Positions 38,841 to 49,593 are shown, counted from the stretch's first letter. The stretch is DNA of 64,000 nt from an uncultured Candidatus Saccharibacteria bacterium (GCA_964596595.1 CAZQUI010000003.1:979-64978); one strand, 5' to 3'. The notes: generated by a model from the letters alone, not told the origin. Made by a program: numbers and translations.

Positions 38841-39473
38841 GTGTACAGCCTCTCATTTCACAATGCTATAATTAGCACGAATCACAGTTCCTTACATATG
38901 AATACACTAACCATAATCGGCTTCACGTTGGTGAGTCTATTCTACATTTCAACCGTAGAATGGAGCCTGCATCGGTTTGTCATGCATAAACCATTAGGTA
39001 ACTTCACCTATGCGTTTAAGGCGCATGCGCTGGTGCACCACAGTATTTTCAAAGCAGATCACAGCTATCATCTGCAAAACGACGGAGACAAGAAAAAGAT
39101 TCCGATGGCCTGGTGGAATGGACCATTACTCATTTTACTCGGTTCCATACCTCCGACTATTATTTTGGCACTCACTTCTCTTTCGTGGTATTTCCTCATT
39201 GAGTTTGTTGTACTCTGTACCTTGTACTATGGAGCTTATGAAAGACTTCACTGGTGCATGCATTTGCCTAAAAAACGGCGCTTGGAGATGTCTTCACTCT
39301 TTCGGAAATTGAATGGACACCACCTATTGCACCATCGTTACATGCACAAAAACTTCAATGTTGTTTTGCCGCTTGCAGACCTTATTTTGGGAACCTTACT
39401 CTTGCGATCAAAAGTTCCCTTTCTTCAGGCGCAAGGACCGGCAGTACCAAACGTTCAACCTCGTGCTGCTTAA
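38841..39473 (+). CDS. fatty-acid hydroxylase superfamily (histidine-box di-iron membrane enzyme)-like protein
   Basis: Four histidine clusters (HRFVMH, HALVHH, HWCMH, HHLLHH) interleaved with TM helices. The likely start is the internal MNTLTIIG at 38898. Confidence 0.5.
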   Translation: MYSLSFHNAIISTNHSSLHMNTLTIIGFTLVSLFYISTVEWSLHRFVMHKPLGNFTYAFKAHALVHHSIFKADHSYHLQNDGDKKKIPMAWWNGPLLILLGSIPPTIILALTSLSWYFLIEFVVLCTLYYGAYERLHWCMHLPKKRRLEMSSLFRKLNGHHLLHHRYMHKNFNVVLPLADLILGTLLLRSKVPFLQAQGPAVPNVQPRAA

Positions 39474-39488
39474 GTGGTTGGGGAAACA

Positions 39489-39520
39489 AACCGCGGACGA
39501 TCGTTTTGTCCGCGGTTTTT
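39489..39520 (+). terminator. rho-independent terminator
   Basis: aaccgcggac ... gtccgcggtt 10-bp stem followed by T5. Confidence 0.75.
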
Positions 39521-39594
39521 AATTGTAGACAAAGCATCTTGACTAATAACGACAGTGTAATAAGCTGGCGGTAGAAGCTAACCAAAGGAATCAT

Positions 39595-40182
39595 ATGCAA
39601 ATCATTGTTGATTATGAACAGCCATTGCAGGAATTAATCAAAGGACGATGGGTACGGTATCAAGAAGAAAAGTGGTTACCTGTCTCTTGTACAGGACAAG
39701 TAAGTTTCGATTCGAATCGTGTGGTTCTCACGCCAACTCCCGTTAATCGGAATAGCTCCGAAATGCGCGAACCTTCTGTTTCTTCTAGTTCGATGATAGT
39801 GGCTTTACGGAAAGGTCTCGCGGGACACACCGAAGGGGATCTTTTTCTTCTCAATTCTTTGATAAGAAGAACCGCCATCGTTGCACTTGATTTTCCAGTA
39901 CCCGATCACTACAAGTTTATCTTTTTTCCTGATGCTATCACTCAGCAAGAAAATCCTATTTTTTACAAAGAAAAAGATACCTGGATGACTCGAGAAAACA
40001 AACGAGTTTTAATTCCAGGAAAACAAACTTCTCGTCCAGCTTTTAACCGAATCATTCACGGTTTAAGAAGGACGGGAGAGAGATCGAGGAATTGGGTACT
40101 TTACAGCTTCACTTTTCAACGCCAAGATGAATTTATCGGATGTTTTGGTGAAGATTGCAGTTGGGCTTTTATTGGGCCATAA
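39595..40182 (+). CDS. hypothetical protein (195 aa)
   Basis: ORF with upstream spacing and its own terminator; no recognised motif. Confidence 0.45.
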   Translation: MQIIVDYEQPLQELIKGRWVRYQEEKWLPVSCTGQVSFDSNRVVLTPTPVNRNSSEMREPSVSSSSMIVALRKGLAGHTEGDLFLLNSLIRRTAIVALDFPVPDHYKFIFFPDAITQQENPIFYKEKDTWMTRENKRVLIPGKQTSRPAFNRIIHGLRRTGERSRNWVLYSFTFQRQDEFIGCFGEDCSWAFIGP

Positions 40183-40212
40183 TTTACCCTTTGTTCAGCC
40201 ACAAGACCACCC

Positions 40213-40239
40213 TCACGGTGGTCTTTTTATGTGTCAGAT
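40213..40239 (+). terminator. rho-independent terminator
   Basis: aagaccacc-ctcac-ggtggtctt followed by T5. Confidence 0.75.
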
Positions 40240-40246
40240 AGACGAG

Positions 40247-42022
40247 CTACGCATGTAACCCGATCTGTAACTCATATAACCTTCGATATTCCCCACCATC
40301 TTTCTTGAGTAATTGATCGTGAGTGCCGGATTCGATAATAGTTCCTTCCTTAAAAACTAAAATTTGATTGGCTTTTCTCACGGTACTCAAGCGATGTGCA
40401 ATGATGAAGGTAGTTTTACCCTGCATAAGTTCATCGAGAGATTCGGTAATTATTTTTTCTGATCCAGCATCCAAAGCTGAAGTTGGTTCATCGAGTACCA
40501 AGATGCGTGGATTACGCAAGATGGCTCGAGCGATAGCCACACGTTGCTTTTGACCCACAGAAAGCTTGACTCCCCTCTCTCCAACAACCTGATCCCATTT
40601 TTGAGGAAACTTTTCGATAAAGTCGACCGCATGTGCCTTTTTGGCTGCAGTAGTAACTGCTTCGTCAGTAGCTTTGAAGTTGCCATATTTGATATTGGTT
40701 TTGATCGTATCATTGAAGAGAACAACTTCTTGAGGCACCACAGCGATCTGCTGACGTAATTTACGGAGATTAAGATCGTGAATATTGTGTCCATCAATTT
40801 TCACTTCTCCTGATGAAGCAAAATGATAACCAGAGATGAGATCAATCAGAGTACTTTTACCAACTCCCGACTCTCCTACGAGGGCGATCACCTCACCAGT
40901 TTTGGCTGAGAAAGAGATATTTTGTAAGACCTGTTTACCTTCTTCGTATTGAAAAGAAACATTTTTGAGTTCAATGTTACCTTTGAGATCGATGGCAATA
41001 GAATCTTTTTTTTCATACGGTTCCGGAGGTAAACTCAAAATCTTTTCTGTTTCTTGGATACCGACAACACCATTTTGAATCGTTTGCCAATTACGGCCAA
41101 TAGTTATAAAAGGACCGAAGACCATGGCAGCGTAGGCATTGAAGGCGATTAATTCTCCAATTGTCATACTGCCTTTTTGGATATAAAAAGCAGACAAAAT
41201 GAAAATGATAATTTGGGTAATCAGAATAATAAGTTTTTGATACAACGTGAGTGTAGCCCATACACTGGTTAAACGCATCCATAGAGGCACTGCGCTCTTC
41301 ATTTTGGAAGAAAGTTTGTTACGCTCGTATTCTTCGGCAGTGGCTTGTTTAACAGCAAGCGTATTTCCTACCACATCATATGATTCTCCCCAAATAAAAC
41401 CGAGAACGTCATAGTATTCTTTTTGATATTGAGCTAGTGGTTTAATTTTTCGTACCAAGGTAAATATATAAACCAAAACTCCGGCAACTAATAAGCCAGC
41501 GAGGAATGGATTCAGATAGAAAGCAATAATAAAAGCAATGATAATACTCAAGATTTGTGGACTTAAATCAATAACAATTCTTCCGGCTATGGTTTCCAGT
41601 GAACTTGCCGCCATATTTATTTTACTACCTATTTCTCCAATTTTATTTTGTTTATGAAAAGCCATTGGTAACACCAAGAGATAACTAAAGCCATTTGCCA
41701 AATAGTCTAACCAAATAATGTTAGAGAACTTTTCACTGAGAATATTGATACGCCAATCCAAAAGATACGTGATAAGTTGCACAATAGCCCACAGAATGAG
41801 TAGAGCTATAAATAATGGAACTGTCCACGATAAAATCTGAGTAGTTTCGGTACTGGTAATAACATCAAAAAACCTTCCTGCAATGTATGGAATAGTACCG
41901 TTACCGAGAGCTGAAAACACGCCCATAATACTGAGGATAATTATTTCTCGACGATATTGGCCAATGTATTTAAAAAGGACCTTAAACCCTGTATAAAGGT
42001 TTTCTTTAGTAATTTTTTCCAT
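40247..42022 (-). CDS. ABC exporter, fused permease-ATPase (MsbA/multidrug type)
   Basis: Six-TM N-terminal half; GESGVGKST Walker A; LSVGQKQRVAIARAIL signature; ILVLDEPTSALD. Confidence 0.9.
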   Translation of the reverse strand: MEKITKENLYTGFKVLFKYIGQYRREIIILSIMGVFSALGNGTIPYIAGRFFDVITSTETTQILSWTVPLFIALLILWAIVQLITYLLDWRINILSEKFSNIIWLDYLANGFSYLLVLPMAFHKQNKIGEIGSKINMAASSLETIAGRIVIDLSPQILSIIIAFIIAFYLNPFLAGLLVAGVLVYIFTLVRKIKPLAQYQKEYYDVLGFIWGESYDVVGNTLAVKQATAEEYERNKLSSKMKSAVPLWMRLTSVWATLTLYQKLIILITQIIIFILSAFYIQKGSMTIGELIAFNAYAAMVFGPFITIGRNWQTIQNGVVGIQETEKILSLPPEPYEKKDSIAIDLKGNIELKNVSFQYEEGKQVLQNISFSAKTGEVIALVGESGVGKSTLIDLISGYHFASSGEVKIDGHNIHDLNLRKLRQQIAVVPQEVVLFNDTIKTNIKYGNFKATDEAVTTAAKKAHAVDFIEKFPQKWDQVVGERGVKLSVGQKQRVAIARAILRNPRILVLDEPTSALDAGSEKIITESLDELMQGKTTFIIAHRLSTVRKANQILVFKEGTIIESGTHDQLLKKDGGEYRRLYELQIGLHA

Positions 42023-42038
42023 AATTTTTAGGTTACTG

Positions 42039-42950
42039 TTAGTTAGTATTTTCTCCTTGGATCAATTGCGGTAAACCTGAAGTATCAATAACCGGAGGTG
42101 GAATAAATGGTGGATTTGAATTTATATCATTAAGATTATTATTGTTGTTAGAAGAATTTTGATTATTGTTGTTATTTTGATTATTGTTGCTATTTTCTGT
42201 CGCCGTGTTTAATTCTTCCTCTAATTCCTCAACATTATTTTCCAAATTATTTACAACTTCAGGATTTGGTTGAATATTATTTATCTGATTGTTTGCCTGA
42301 TTAACCGTATTTGTAACCTGTTCAACAACTTGTTCTTGAGCGGCGATTTGTGTATCGGTTAGATTTGAATTTTGAGGAGTCAAATTTTGTACCGCCTGTT
42401 CTAAAGTAGAAGCATACTGTTGAGCAGCTTCAATAACAGCTGATGCTGCCATTCCAACATTTTGCTGACTACTACCTGCTGTTTCTAAAACTTTTTTCCA
42501 TTCATTAATTAACGATAATAATTCTTGTCTTTCTTGAGTTAATTTTGTCTTTACAGCAATATCAATACTTGAATTATTAACTAATTTATAAATATCATCC
42601 GTTCGGCTAATTACAGAATCTGATAACTCTTTTTCAATAGTCAAAAGAGCCAGGCCATACGAAGATGCTGGATTAAATCCACTTTCCCGGAATATTTGTA
42701 ATCTATCAATTTCAGTCTGAAGTTTACTTTTAGCAAGTTCCAATTCAGCAGCAATTTCGGCAATTGGTCGAGAAGACCGCTCGAGTGATAGACGTGCTGA
42801 TTTTACTAATTCATCAGATTCTTTTTCTTTTTTATATAATTTTGAATAACTATACGAACCAGCCAATAGCATTGTTAGTGCGACGACAATTATTAGAGCA
42901 GGAGTTGCAATACCACGATGAGTATTATTCATACAGCTATGATACAACAA
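42039..42950 (-). CDS. membrane-anchored extracytoplasmic protein with a coiled-coil region and an N/Q-rich low-complexity C-terminus
   Basis: N-terminal TM ALIIVVALTMLLAGSY. The C-terminus contains NNQNNNNNQNSSNNNNNLNDINSN. Confidence 0.5.
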   Translation of the reverse strand: MLYHSCMNNTHRGIATPALIIVVALTMLLAGSYSYSKLYKKEKESDELVKSARLSLERSSRPIAEIAAELELAKSKLQTEIDRLQIFRESGFNPASSYGLALLTIEKELSDSVISRTDDIYKLVNNSSIDIAVKTKLTQERQELLSLINEWKKVLETAGSSQQNVGMAASAVIEAAQQYASTLEQAVQNLTPQNSNLTDTQIAAQEQVVEQVTNTVNQANNQINNIQPNPEVVNNLENNVEELEEELNTATENSNNNQNNNNNQNSSNNNNNLNDINSNPPFIPPPVIDTSGLPQLIQGENTN

Positions 42951-42998
42951 AATAAATAAAATTAAAAATAAGTTATAATATGTTAATAAATATATCCT

Positions 42999-43610
42999 AT
43001 GTCAAAAAGAATTACTTTGATAATTTTACTGACTTTCTTTGGTTTTTCTATATTATTTTTTATTGATAAACAACAAATTAAAAACCGTCATTCAAAAAAT
43101 ACAAATATTGTTGCTTTTGGAGACAGCCTGACCTACGGAGTTGGTTCTACGACTGGAAATGATTTTATTTCTATTCTTTCAAAAAGAATAAATCAACCAA
43201 TAATAAACTTAGGCGTAAGTGGTGACACTACGAGCAAGGCCTTGGAAAGAATAGACAAAGTCACTTCTTTGAATCCGAAACTAGTAATTGTTTTACTTGG
43301 CGGAAATGATTATCTCCAAAAAGTTTCTCCTGAAAAAACTTTTAACAATCTCAGCAAGATTATTGATCAAATACACGCAACAGGATCTGCTGTTCTATTG
43401 CTTGGTATTCGAGGAGGTCTACTTCGTGATATTTATGCTTCAAATTTTAAAGAATTAGCTAAAGAAAAAAAAGTGGGTTTTGTTCCAAATGTTTTAGATG
43501 GGCTTATCGGCAATAGTACACTCATGTCAGATGCTGTACATCCAAACGATCAAGGATACTTACTTATTGCTCAAAAAGTTGAGCCCCAAATTAAACGAAT
43601 CTTGGAATAA
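42999..43610 (+). CDS. SGNH/GDSL hydrolase (lipase/acylesterase family)
   Basis: IVAFGDSLTYG (GDSL block I); GGNDY (block III); DAVHPNDQG (block V, DxxH). Confidence 0.75.
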   Translation: MSKRITLIILLTFFGFSILFFIDKQQIKNRHSKNTNIVAFGDSLTYGVGSTTGNDFISILSKRINQPIINLGVSGDTTSKALERIDKVTSLNPKLVIVLLGGNDYLQKVSPEKTFNNLSKIIDQIHATGSAVLLLGIRGGLLRDIYASNFKELAKEKKVGFVPNVLDGLIGNSTLMSDAVHPNDQGYLLIAQKVEPQIKRILE

Positions 43611-43612
43611 AT

Positions 43613-44596
43613 TTATTTATTAACTTTATTTAACGGTTCTTTACCTTCCAAAACATCTATAACATTTTGAGCTGCAATTCTGGCCATTTCATTGCGAGCA
43701 TTTTCGCGAGCAGAAGCAATATGAGGAGTTAACACAACATTCGGAAGATCTACCAAACCCGGAGTAAGAGCTGGTTCAAATTCAAAGACATCAAGAGCAG
43801 CTCCGGCAATGATCTTTTTTTGCAAAGCTTCAACTAAAGCTTTTTCATCAATTACTGGTCCTCTTGAAGTATTAATCAAAAAGGCAGTCTTCTTCATTTT
43901 TTCCAAACGTTCTGCATTTATGAGATGGTGGGTAGTTTCAATAAGTGGAACATGTAAACTTACAATATCAGATAGTGATAAAACTTTTTCAACAGAATCA
44001 TAGTATGTAGCACTGTAATCTTTTTCAAGTTTTTCATTACGCATGATATCGTAATAAATAATTTTTGCATTAAAACCCCGAACAGCAACGTGAGCAACTT
44101 CAGTTCCTATACTTCCAACACCAATAAGACCCAAAGTTTTTTCAGAAAAATCAGTACCGATAAAATTCATTGGCGCCCATCCTTTGTATTTACCAGCTCG
44201 AGTAAAAGCGTCTGCTTCAACCGTTCGAGTAGTCAAAGCCATAATGAGAGCAATAGCATGTTCTGCCACAGCCCGACTAGAAACTCCGGGTGTATTTGTA
44301 ACAGCAATTCCTCTTTTTTTTGCTTCAGCTAAATCGATATTATTGAAACCGACCGCATAGTTTGCATAAATTTTAACCGTTGGAGCAATCTCCATAATTG
44401 AAACATCGATAATATCTGTCAAAAGAGAAATAACCGCATCGTATTTATCATTTTTTAGAAGAGTTATTAATTCATTTTTTGACAAAGGAGGATCTCCTGC
44501 TCCACCTGGACAAACGGTAATATCAAACCCTTTCGTTTTTAACATATCGATCCCAACCTGAGGAATCTCTCTCGTTATAAGAATTTTTTTGGACAT
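43613..44596 (-). CDS. D-isomer-specific 2-hydroxyacid dehydrogenase (glycerate/phosphoglycerate dehydrogenase-like)
   Basis: GLIGVGSIGTEVA NAD-binding motif and the catalytic R/E/H region (TPHIASA). Confidence 0.8.
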   Translation of the reverse strand: MSKKILITREIPQVGIDMLKTKGFDITVCPGGAGDPPLSKNELITLLKNDKYDAVISLLTDIIDVSIMEIAPTVKIYANYAVGFNNIDLAEAKKRGIAVTNTPGVSSRAVAEHAIALIMALTTRTVEADAFTRAGKYKGWAPMNFIGTDFSEKTLGLIGVGSIGTEVAHVAVRGFNAKIIYYDIMRNEKLEKDYSATYYDSVEKVLSLSDIVSLHVPLIETTHHLINAERLEKMKKTAFLINTSRGPVIDEKALVEALQKKIIAGAALDVFEFEPALTPGLVDLPNVVLTPHIASARENARNEMARIAAQNVIDVLEGKEPLNKVNK

Positions 44597-44644
44597 AATA
44601 AATCAATAATAACATAAACTAAGCTCAAATCGACTAAGGCTAAT

Positions 44645-45415
44645 TTAGACTTTTTCAAGAACATCTTTTTTAAAATGTTTAAGATAAGCCACAATAATAA
44701 AACTTATTATTACCATCAAAAACCAAGAACTGACTTTATTTGTAGAAACTACACTCCACGCATGAATTTGATCTGGATATTTCCAAGCCCCCAAATAAGT
44801 CGAAATGTTTTCAGCTATCCAGATAAAAAACGCAATCAGAAGAAAACTTATATTTAGTGGCATCCAATATTTTCTATCGGTAACAACAAAGTACACTCGC
44901 GTTTTCCAAAAATAAATAAAAATAAAGACAATAATAAACCACCGAATATCATAAATATAATGATTAGTAAAAAAATTGAGATAAATCAAAATTCCAATAA
45001 TAATGCTAATAGTATATGTGTGATAATTTTTCAATTCCAATTTAAAAATCTTCCAAGCCTGACTAATATAACTACCAACAGCGGCATACATAAAACCACT
45101 ATACAACGGTACTGTTCCCAACTTAAAAAAAGCTTCTTCGGGATAACTCCAAGATCCAATCATTGGGCTAGTTTTGTATAATTCCAAAACCAAACCAATT
45201 ATGTGAAATAAAAAGATAACTTTTACTTCATCTTTTGTTTCTAACTTAGTTACATAAAGTACAATTTGGATTAATACAGCAGAAATAAATAAAAAATCAT
45301 ACCTAGCTAAACCAAAAAGGTTTATATGATTTGAAACAAATAAGAGCAGAAAAAATAGACCAGCGAAAATTGATGCTTGGGCTTGTTTGAGACCAAAAAT
45401 AATAAATTTTCGCAT
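44645..45415 (-). CDS. polytopic membrane protein (possibly DUF817-like)
   Basis: Eight or more hydrophobic helices. The start is placed at the internal MRKFIIFG to avoid overlap with the DoxX gene. Confidence 0.45.
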   Translation of the reverse strand: MRKFIIFGLKQAQASIFAGLFFLLLFVSNHINLFGLARYDFLFISAVLIQIVLYVTKLETKDEVKVIFLFHIIGLVLELYKTSPMIGSWSYPEEAFFKLGTVPLYSGFMYAAVGSYISQAWKIFKLELKNYHTYTISIIIGILIYLNFFTNHYIYDIRWFIIVFIFIYFWKTRVYFVVTDRKYWMPLNISFLLIAFFIWIAENISTYLGAWKYPDQIHAWSVVSTNKVSSWFLMVIISFIIVAYLKHFKKDVLEKV

Positions 45416-45431
45416 ATTTATACTTATCTGT

Positions 45432-45854
45432 TTATCTTTTCTTATGCTCAATTGCAAGTACTGCCAAGACTGCAATATAAACAATATGATCGTCTATCAA
45501 AGGATTGTTCTCTGGCGGAAAAGTAGCTAGCCACATCAAGATCATCATTATACTTCCAAATATTGCTCCCCATTTTACATATCGATTGAACAACAATGTT
45601 AGTCCAACACCCAAAAGACCGAGCATGAATAACCAATCCACAATGGCACTACCAGCTAAGGATTGAAATATTTGTGCAAAAGGACCTTCTGTACCATGTA
45701 ACAAAAAACCAGTCGTTGGCGAACCGCCATTTATCCAAGAAGCTTCTGGTTTTGTGGCGAAGCCAAGACCAAATGTTTTATCAAAGAAAGCCCAAAGAAA
45801 AATAAGAGCCATAATAATTCGGAGCTTAACCCAAACAAGATTATGTATTTTCAT
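45432..45854 (-). CDS. DoxX-family membrane protein
   Basis: DoxX-like four-TM layout with LIFLWAFFDKTFGLGF. Confidence 0.65.
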   Translation of the reverse strand: MKIHNLVWVKLRIIMALIFLWAFFDKTFGLGFATKPEASWINGGSPTTGFLLHGTEGPFAQIFQSLAGSAIVDWLFMLGLLGVGLTLLFNRYVKWGAIFGSIMMILMWLATFPPENNPLIDDHIVYIAVLAVLAIEHKKR

Positions 45855-45909
45855 ATTTATATAATATCACTCCTAATTAAATCTTAAACATAGATTTGTG
45901 GATAAAATT

Positions 45910-46221
45910 TTATACAACCATACGTTTATGTCTAAGGTTGTGTAAAATCTTACAAGGAGCAACTATTCTTGGATCGACAATTCTATAAAAAATATTTAGA
46001 CCTTTGCGTCTAGTCTGAACCAGTCCATTATGTCTCAAAAGAGCTAAATGTTGAGATAGATTTGCTTTAGAAAGTTTTGTGATTTTGAGAAGTTCTTCAA
46101 CTCCACGCTCTCCTATCTTGAGATTATTGAGTATCTCCAAGCGTTTAGAATTGGCTAAAATTTTGTATATGTGAGCATTTTTATCAAATGCCTCTTGAGG
46201 TAATGGTGATTTTAGTTTCAT
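45910..46221 (-). CDS. ArsR/SmtB-family transcriptional regulator
   Basis: ILANSKRLEILNNLKIGERGVEELLKITKLSKANLSQHLALLRHNGLVQTRRKG winged HTH. Confidence 0.75.
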   Translation of the reverse strand: MKLKSPLPQEAFDKNAHIYKILANSKRLEILNNLKIGERGVEELLKITKLSKANLSQHLALLRHNGLVQTRRKGLNIFYRIVDPRIVAPCKILHNLRHKRMVV

Positions 46222-46393
46222 TGTTTCAATATTATGAATATAAGTATACGCTAGTCTGATCTATTTTCTCAAATTGACACCAGATAATTATTTATGTCAC
46301 AAGACTAATTTTATTAGTTATCCCCTTTAAAAGGCCAAATGGTGATTGATATACTAATTTAGTAATTCATTAACTAATTAACTATATACATCC

Positions 46394-48706
46394 ATGTCTA
46401 CCAAAAAAAGATTTTCGATAAAAAATTTAATTCGAAGTATTCAGAAAAGAGATGGTTCGATCGTTCCATTTGATCTCAAAAAAATTACCGCTGCTGTAAA
46501 CAAGGCAATGATAGCCTCAAAAGAAGGATCCGCAAAAGAGGCCAATATTATTGCCCAAAAAGTCTTAGCTGATGTGATCAGAATAACAAAAAAATACAAA
46601 AATTTTATTCCCAATGTCGAAGGTATACAAGACAGTGTCGAAAAAGAACTAATTCTTGGTGAATACGTAAAAACAGCCAAAGCCTACATTCTCTATCGTG
46701 AAGAACGTGCCAAAATACGCGCTCACGGACTTCGAGTTCCGCCGAGAATAAAAAAGCTAGCTGAGGAAAGTAAAAAATATTTTCGTAACCCACTTGGTGA
46801 ATTTGTCTATTATCGAACATATTCAAGATGGATGAGCCAAGAAGGTAGACGCGAGACTTGGATAGAGACCGTTGATAGATACATCTCATTTATGAAAGAA
46901 AATCTTGGTACAAAACTCAAAGAGTCAGAATATCAAGAACTAAAAGACGGTATCCTCAACCACGAAGCGATGCCCTCGATGAGGTTGTTACAATTTTCTG
47001 GTCCAGCTGCTCGTACTACAAACGTTTGTGCTTACAATTGTTCTTATATTGCACCAGAAAGTTTTCAAGACTTGGCAGAAATTATGTATGTCTCTATGTG
47101 TGGTACCGGAGTTGGCTGGTCAGCAGAAAGTCAAAATGTCCAAAAATTTCCGCAAATAAATATTCAAACGGGAATCAAATTACCAAAACATATTATTCCT
47201 GACAGCAAAGAAGGTTGGGCTGATTCTCTAAAATTTGCCATGAAGACATGGGCCGAAGGAAATGATATTGAATTTGATTATTCCTTACTTCGGCCCGCTG
47301 GAGCAAGACTAAAAACTATGGGAGGTAAAGCCTCGGGACCAGAACCGTTAATTAGACTTCTAACTTTTACTAGAGAAAAAATCCTAGCTCGACAAGGAAA
47401 ACGTCTACGAAATATAGATATTCACGATATTATTTGCATGATTGGCGATTGTGTTGTTTCTGGTGGAGTCCGCAGGAGCGCTATGATTTCTTTATCTGAT
47501 CTCGATGACATAGAAATCAGAGATGCCAAGAAAGGAGTATTTTATATCAACGAACCACAGAGAATGTTAGCCAATAACTCAGCAGTTTACATTAGCAAAC
47601 CAACAAACACTGAATTTATTGAAGAATGGACTGCTCTCATGAAATCTGGTTCCGGAGAAAGAGGTATATTTAATCGCGGATCACTTGCAGTTACACTTCC
47701 TGAGAGGAGAATTAAAATCTTAAAAGAATATAAAGGATATTTTGATGCTACAGGAAAAAGAATTATTGGATCAATTGGTACAAATCCTTGCGGTGAAATA
47801 ATTTTACAATCAAAACAATTTTGTAATCTTTCAGAAGTTGTAGCTAGAGCCGAAGACGATGAAAAATCGTTACTCAAAAAAATCCGCCTCGCTACAATCT
47901 TGGGAACATACCAAGCAAGCCTTACCCATTTTCCTTATCTTTCCAAAGAATGGAGCGAGAGATGTAAAAAAGAACGTCTTTTAGGGGTTTCTATTACTGG
48001 TCAATGGGATTGTCCAGCAACACGAGACCCGATAACCCTAAATAAACTCAAAAAAGAAGTAATCAAAATCAACCAAATTTACGCTAAAAGATTTGAAATA
48101 AATCCGTCAACTTGCACAACAGCCGTAAAACCATCTGGAACTTTGTCTCAAACTGTCGATTGTTCTTCAGGTATGCACCCTCGTCATGCTCCATTTTATA
48201 TTCGGCGCATAAGAATTGCAGCTACTGATTCTCTTTTTAAAATGCTCAAAGATCAAGGTGTGCCATATCACCCAGAAGTTGGACAATCCGCAGAAAACGC
48301 TACAACGTACGTCTTAGAATTCCCCATCAAATCTCCACCTGGTTCTATATATAAAAATGATTTAACGGCCATTGATCAACTGGAGCATTGGAAATTAGTT
48401 AAGCTTAATTACACTGAACACAACCCTTCAGTAACTATTTCTATTGGAGAAAATGAATGGATCGAAGTGGCAAATTGGATATACAATAATTGGGACATTG
48501 TTGGTGGTTTATCTTTCCTTCCGAGAGATAACCACATTTACCAACTTGCTCCTTATGAAGCCATAGATGAGCAAACTTATCTAAAGTTATCCGAACGACT
48601 CAAGCATATCGACTATTCAAAAATAATTACCTATGAAAAAACAGATGAACTTGATGTCAAAAAAGAACTTGCTTGTGTCGCTGGTGTATGTGAAATAGTT
48701 GTTTAG
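46394..48706 (+). CDS. nrdJ: class II (adenosylcobalamin-dependent) ribonucleotide reductase with an N-terminal ATP cone
   Basis: ATP cone IQKRDGSIVPFDLKKITAAV; active-site NPCGEI. Confidence 0.9.
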   Translation: MSTKKRFSIKNLIRSIQKRDGSIVPFDLKKITAAVNKAMIASKEGSAKEANIIAQKVLADVIRITKKYKNFIPNVEGIQDSVEKELILGEYVKTAKAYILYREERAKIRAHGLRVPPRIKKLAEESKKYFRNPLGEFVYYRTYSRWMSQEGRRETWIETVDRYISFMKENLGTKLKESEYQELKDGILNHEAMPSMRLLQFSGPAARTTNVCAYNCSYIAPESFQDLAEIMYVSMCGTGVGWSAESQNVQKFPQINIQTGIKLPKHIIPDSKEGWADSLKFAMKTWAEGNDIEFDYSLLRPAGARLKTMGGKASGPEPLIRLLTFTREKILARQGKRLRNIDIHDIICMIGDCVVSGGVRRSAMISLSDLDDIEIRDAKKGVFYINEPQRMLANNSAVYISKPTNTEFIEEWTALMKSGSGERGIFNRGSLAVTLPERRIKILKEYKGYFDATGKRIIGSIGTNPCGEIILQSKQFCNLSEVVARAEDDEKSLLKKIRLATILGTYQASLTHFPYLSKEWSERCKKERLLGVSITGQWDCPATRDPITLNKLKKEVIKINQIYAKRFEINPSTCTTAVKPSGTLSQTVDCSSGMHPRHAPFYIRRIRIAATDSLFKMLKDQGVPYHPEVGQSAENATTYVLEFPIKSPPGSIYKNDLTAIDQLEHWKLVKLNYTEHNPSVTISIGENEWIEVANWIYNNWDIVGGLSFLPRDNHIYQLAPYEAIDEQTYLKLSERLKHIDYSKIITYEKTDELDVKKELACVAGVCEIVV

Positions 48707-48741
48707 AGAAAAAATAATAATCTGATAAATTAAACTAAAAA

Positions 48742-49593
48742 CTACTTACGTAAAGAATCTTTTTTTAGAGTAAAACAATCCGAACAACACAAAATCTTAC
48801 GAGAAGGTCTAAAGGAATCATCGTTACAGTATTGTTCGGTCTCAATATTACAAAACATACAACGGCCAATAACTATTTTTTCTGGTATGGAAACTACATC
48901 TGTAGTCATCCGATTATCAAAAACAAATAAAGTGCCTTTGAAATGCTTACCTGGTGACTTTTTCATGTAGGTATGAATACCATCTTTGAGCTGATACACA
49001 TCACTAAATCCTTCACGCTTAAGTAAACAGGTAGCTTTTTCACATCTAATACCGCCCGTGCAAACCGTGAGTACTTTTTTATTTTTTAAATCCTTTAAGG
49101 CAGAAATCTTTGCCGGTAAATCACGAAAATTTGTAAGACCAGGATCAATTGTTTTATCAAATTTACCACAAGCAATCTCATAATCATTTCGTAAATCCAA
49201 AACGACAAAATCCTCATTTTCTTCATACCAACGATCGAGCTCTTCTGGTTGTAATTCCGCGGCCGTTTCTCGAGCAACATCAAAAGACCCAGCACCAAGT
49301 GTTACCACCTCTTTACGAACCACAATCTTGAGTTTAGGAAAAGCAGAACCTGTTCCCTCACTTTCTTTGACCAACATTCCATCAAAATATGGATCTTTCT
49401 TTAGAAAATCTTTATAAGAGTTTATAGAAGCCTGAGTCCCTTCGAAGGTGGCATTTATCCCCTCTTCAGCCACAATCATACGGCCTTTAAGGCCCAATTC
49501 TTCACACTTTGCCCGATGAGCATTGGCCACAGCCTGAGGATTGGTTATAGGAGAGAAACGATAGAATAAGATAACTGTATAATCATTTTTCAT
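48742..49593 (-). CDS. trhO: rhodanese-domain tRNA U34 hydroxylase TrhO (YceA/UPF0176)
   Basis: ILFYRFSPITNP...LGLKGRMIVAEEGINATF. Rhodanese Cys loop CTGGIRC; C-terminal Cys cluster. Confidence 0.8.
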   Translation of the reverse strand: MKNDYTVILFYRFSPITNPQAVANAHRAKCEELGLKGRMIVAEEGINATFEGTQASINSYKDFLKKDPYFDGMLVKESEGTGSAFPKLKIVVRKEVVTLGAGSFDVARETAAELQPEELDRWYEENEDFVVLDLRNDYEIACGKFDKTIDPGLTNFRDLPAKISALKDLKNKKVLTVCTGGIRCEKATCLLKREGFSDVYQLKDGIHTYMKKSPGKHFKGTLFVFDNRMTTDVVSIPEKIVIGRCMFCNIETEQYCNDDSFRPSRKILCCSDCFTLKKDSLRK

